Source: Eledone cirrhosa
Taxonomy: Eukaryota
Length of the DNA stretch: 64,000 nt
NCBI GenBank assembly: GCA_964016885.1
Contig: OZ024754.1
Span: 13,206,001 to 13,270,000, forward strand
Reading direction: 5' to 3'
The notes under the pieces were generated by a model, which was given only the letters and a program-made list of their open reading frames with translations, had not been told where the DNA came from and ran no database searches. The position numbers were made by a program, and so were the translations under genes. Shown here piece by piece: positions 63,400-64,000 of the stretch (its first letter is position 1; every line of letters starts with the position of its first letter).

Positions 63400-64000
63400 C
63401 CACAACAGACCACAACAACCTAACAACAGGCCACAACAACCTAACAACAGACCACAACATCCTAACAACAGACCACAACAACCTAACAACAGACCACAAC
63501 AACGTAACAACAGACCACAACAACCTAAAACAGACCACAATAACCTAACAACAGACCACAACAACCTAACAACAGACCACAACAACCTAACAACAGACCA
63601 CAACAACCTAACAACAGACCACAACAACCTAACAACAGACCACAATAACCTAACAACAGACCACAATAACCTAACAACAGACCACAACACCTAACAACAG
63701 ACCACAACAACCTAACAACAGACCACAACAACCTAACAACAGACCACAACAACCTAACAACAGACCACAACAACCTAACAACAGACCACAACAACCTAAC
63801 AACAGACCACAACAACCTAACAACAGACCACAATAACCTAACAACAGACCACAACAACCTAACAACAGACCACAACAACGTAACAACAGACCACAACAAC
63901 CTAAAACAGACCACAATAACCTAACAACAGACCACAACAACCTAACAACAGACCACAACAACCTAACAACAGACCACAACAACCTAACAACAGACCACAA
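63400..64000. repeat. 21-bp minisatellite (ACAACAGACCACAACAACCTA), runs off the window
   Basis: Direct periodicity. Confidence 0.95.

Overview
Eukaryotic, AT-rich, microsatellite-saturated DNA ((TA)n, (CA)n, (GA)n, (TCTA)n, (ACT)n). The SINE family and repeat landscape suggest a coleoid cephalopod such as Octopus; this is inference only. No intact host gene is visible, and most ORF-track entries are microsatellite artefacts. Transposon content: a Penelope-like element (PLE) with an uninterrupted 643-aa RT + GIY-YIG ORF; L1/Tx1, RTE and CRE LINE fragments; an Hsmar2-like mariner whose first HTH-coding 98/99 bp is amplified about 31-fold; a hAT MITE; and many tRNA-type SINEs, some in tandem arrays. 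The most striking pattern is more than 20 short elements from at least 8 unrelated families sitting in (TA)n tracts. Many are asymmetric fold-back palindromes (long arm plus a family-specific tail, and a short inverted arm) whose apex lies in or beside a type I hammerhead ribozyme. Several complete hammerheads can be folded by eye, including one with a ~116-nt stem II downstream of the PLE ORF.
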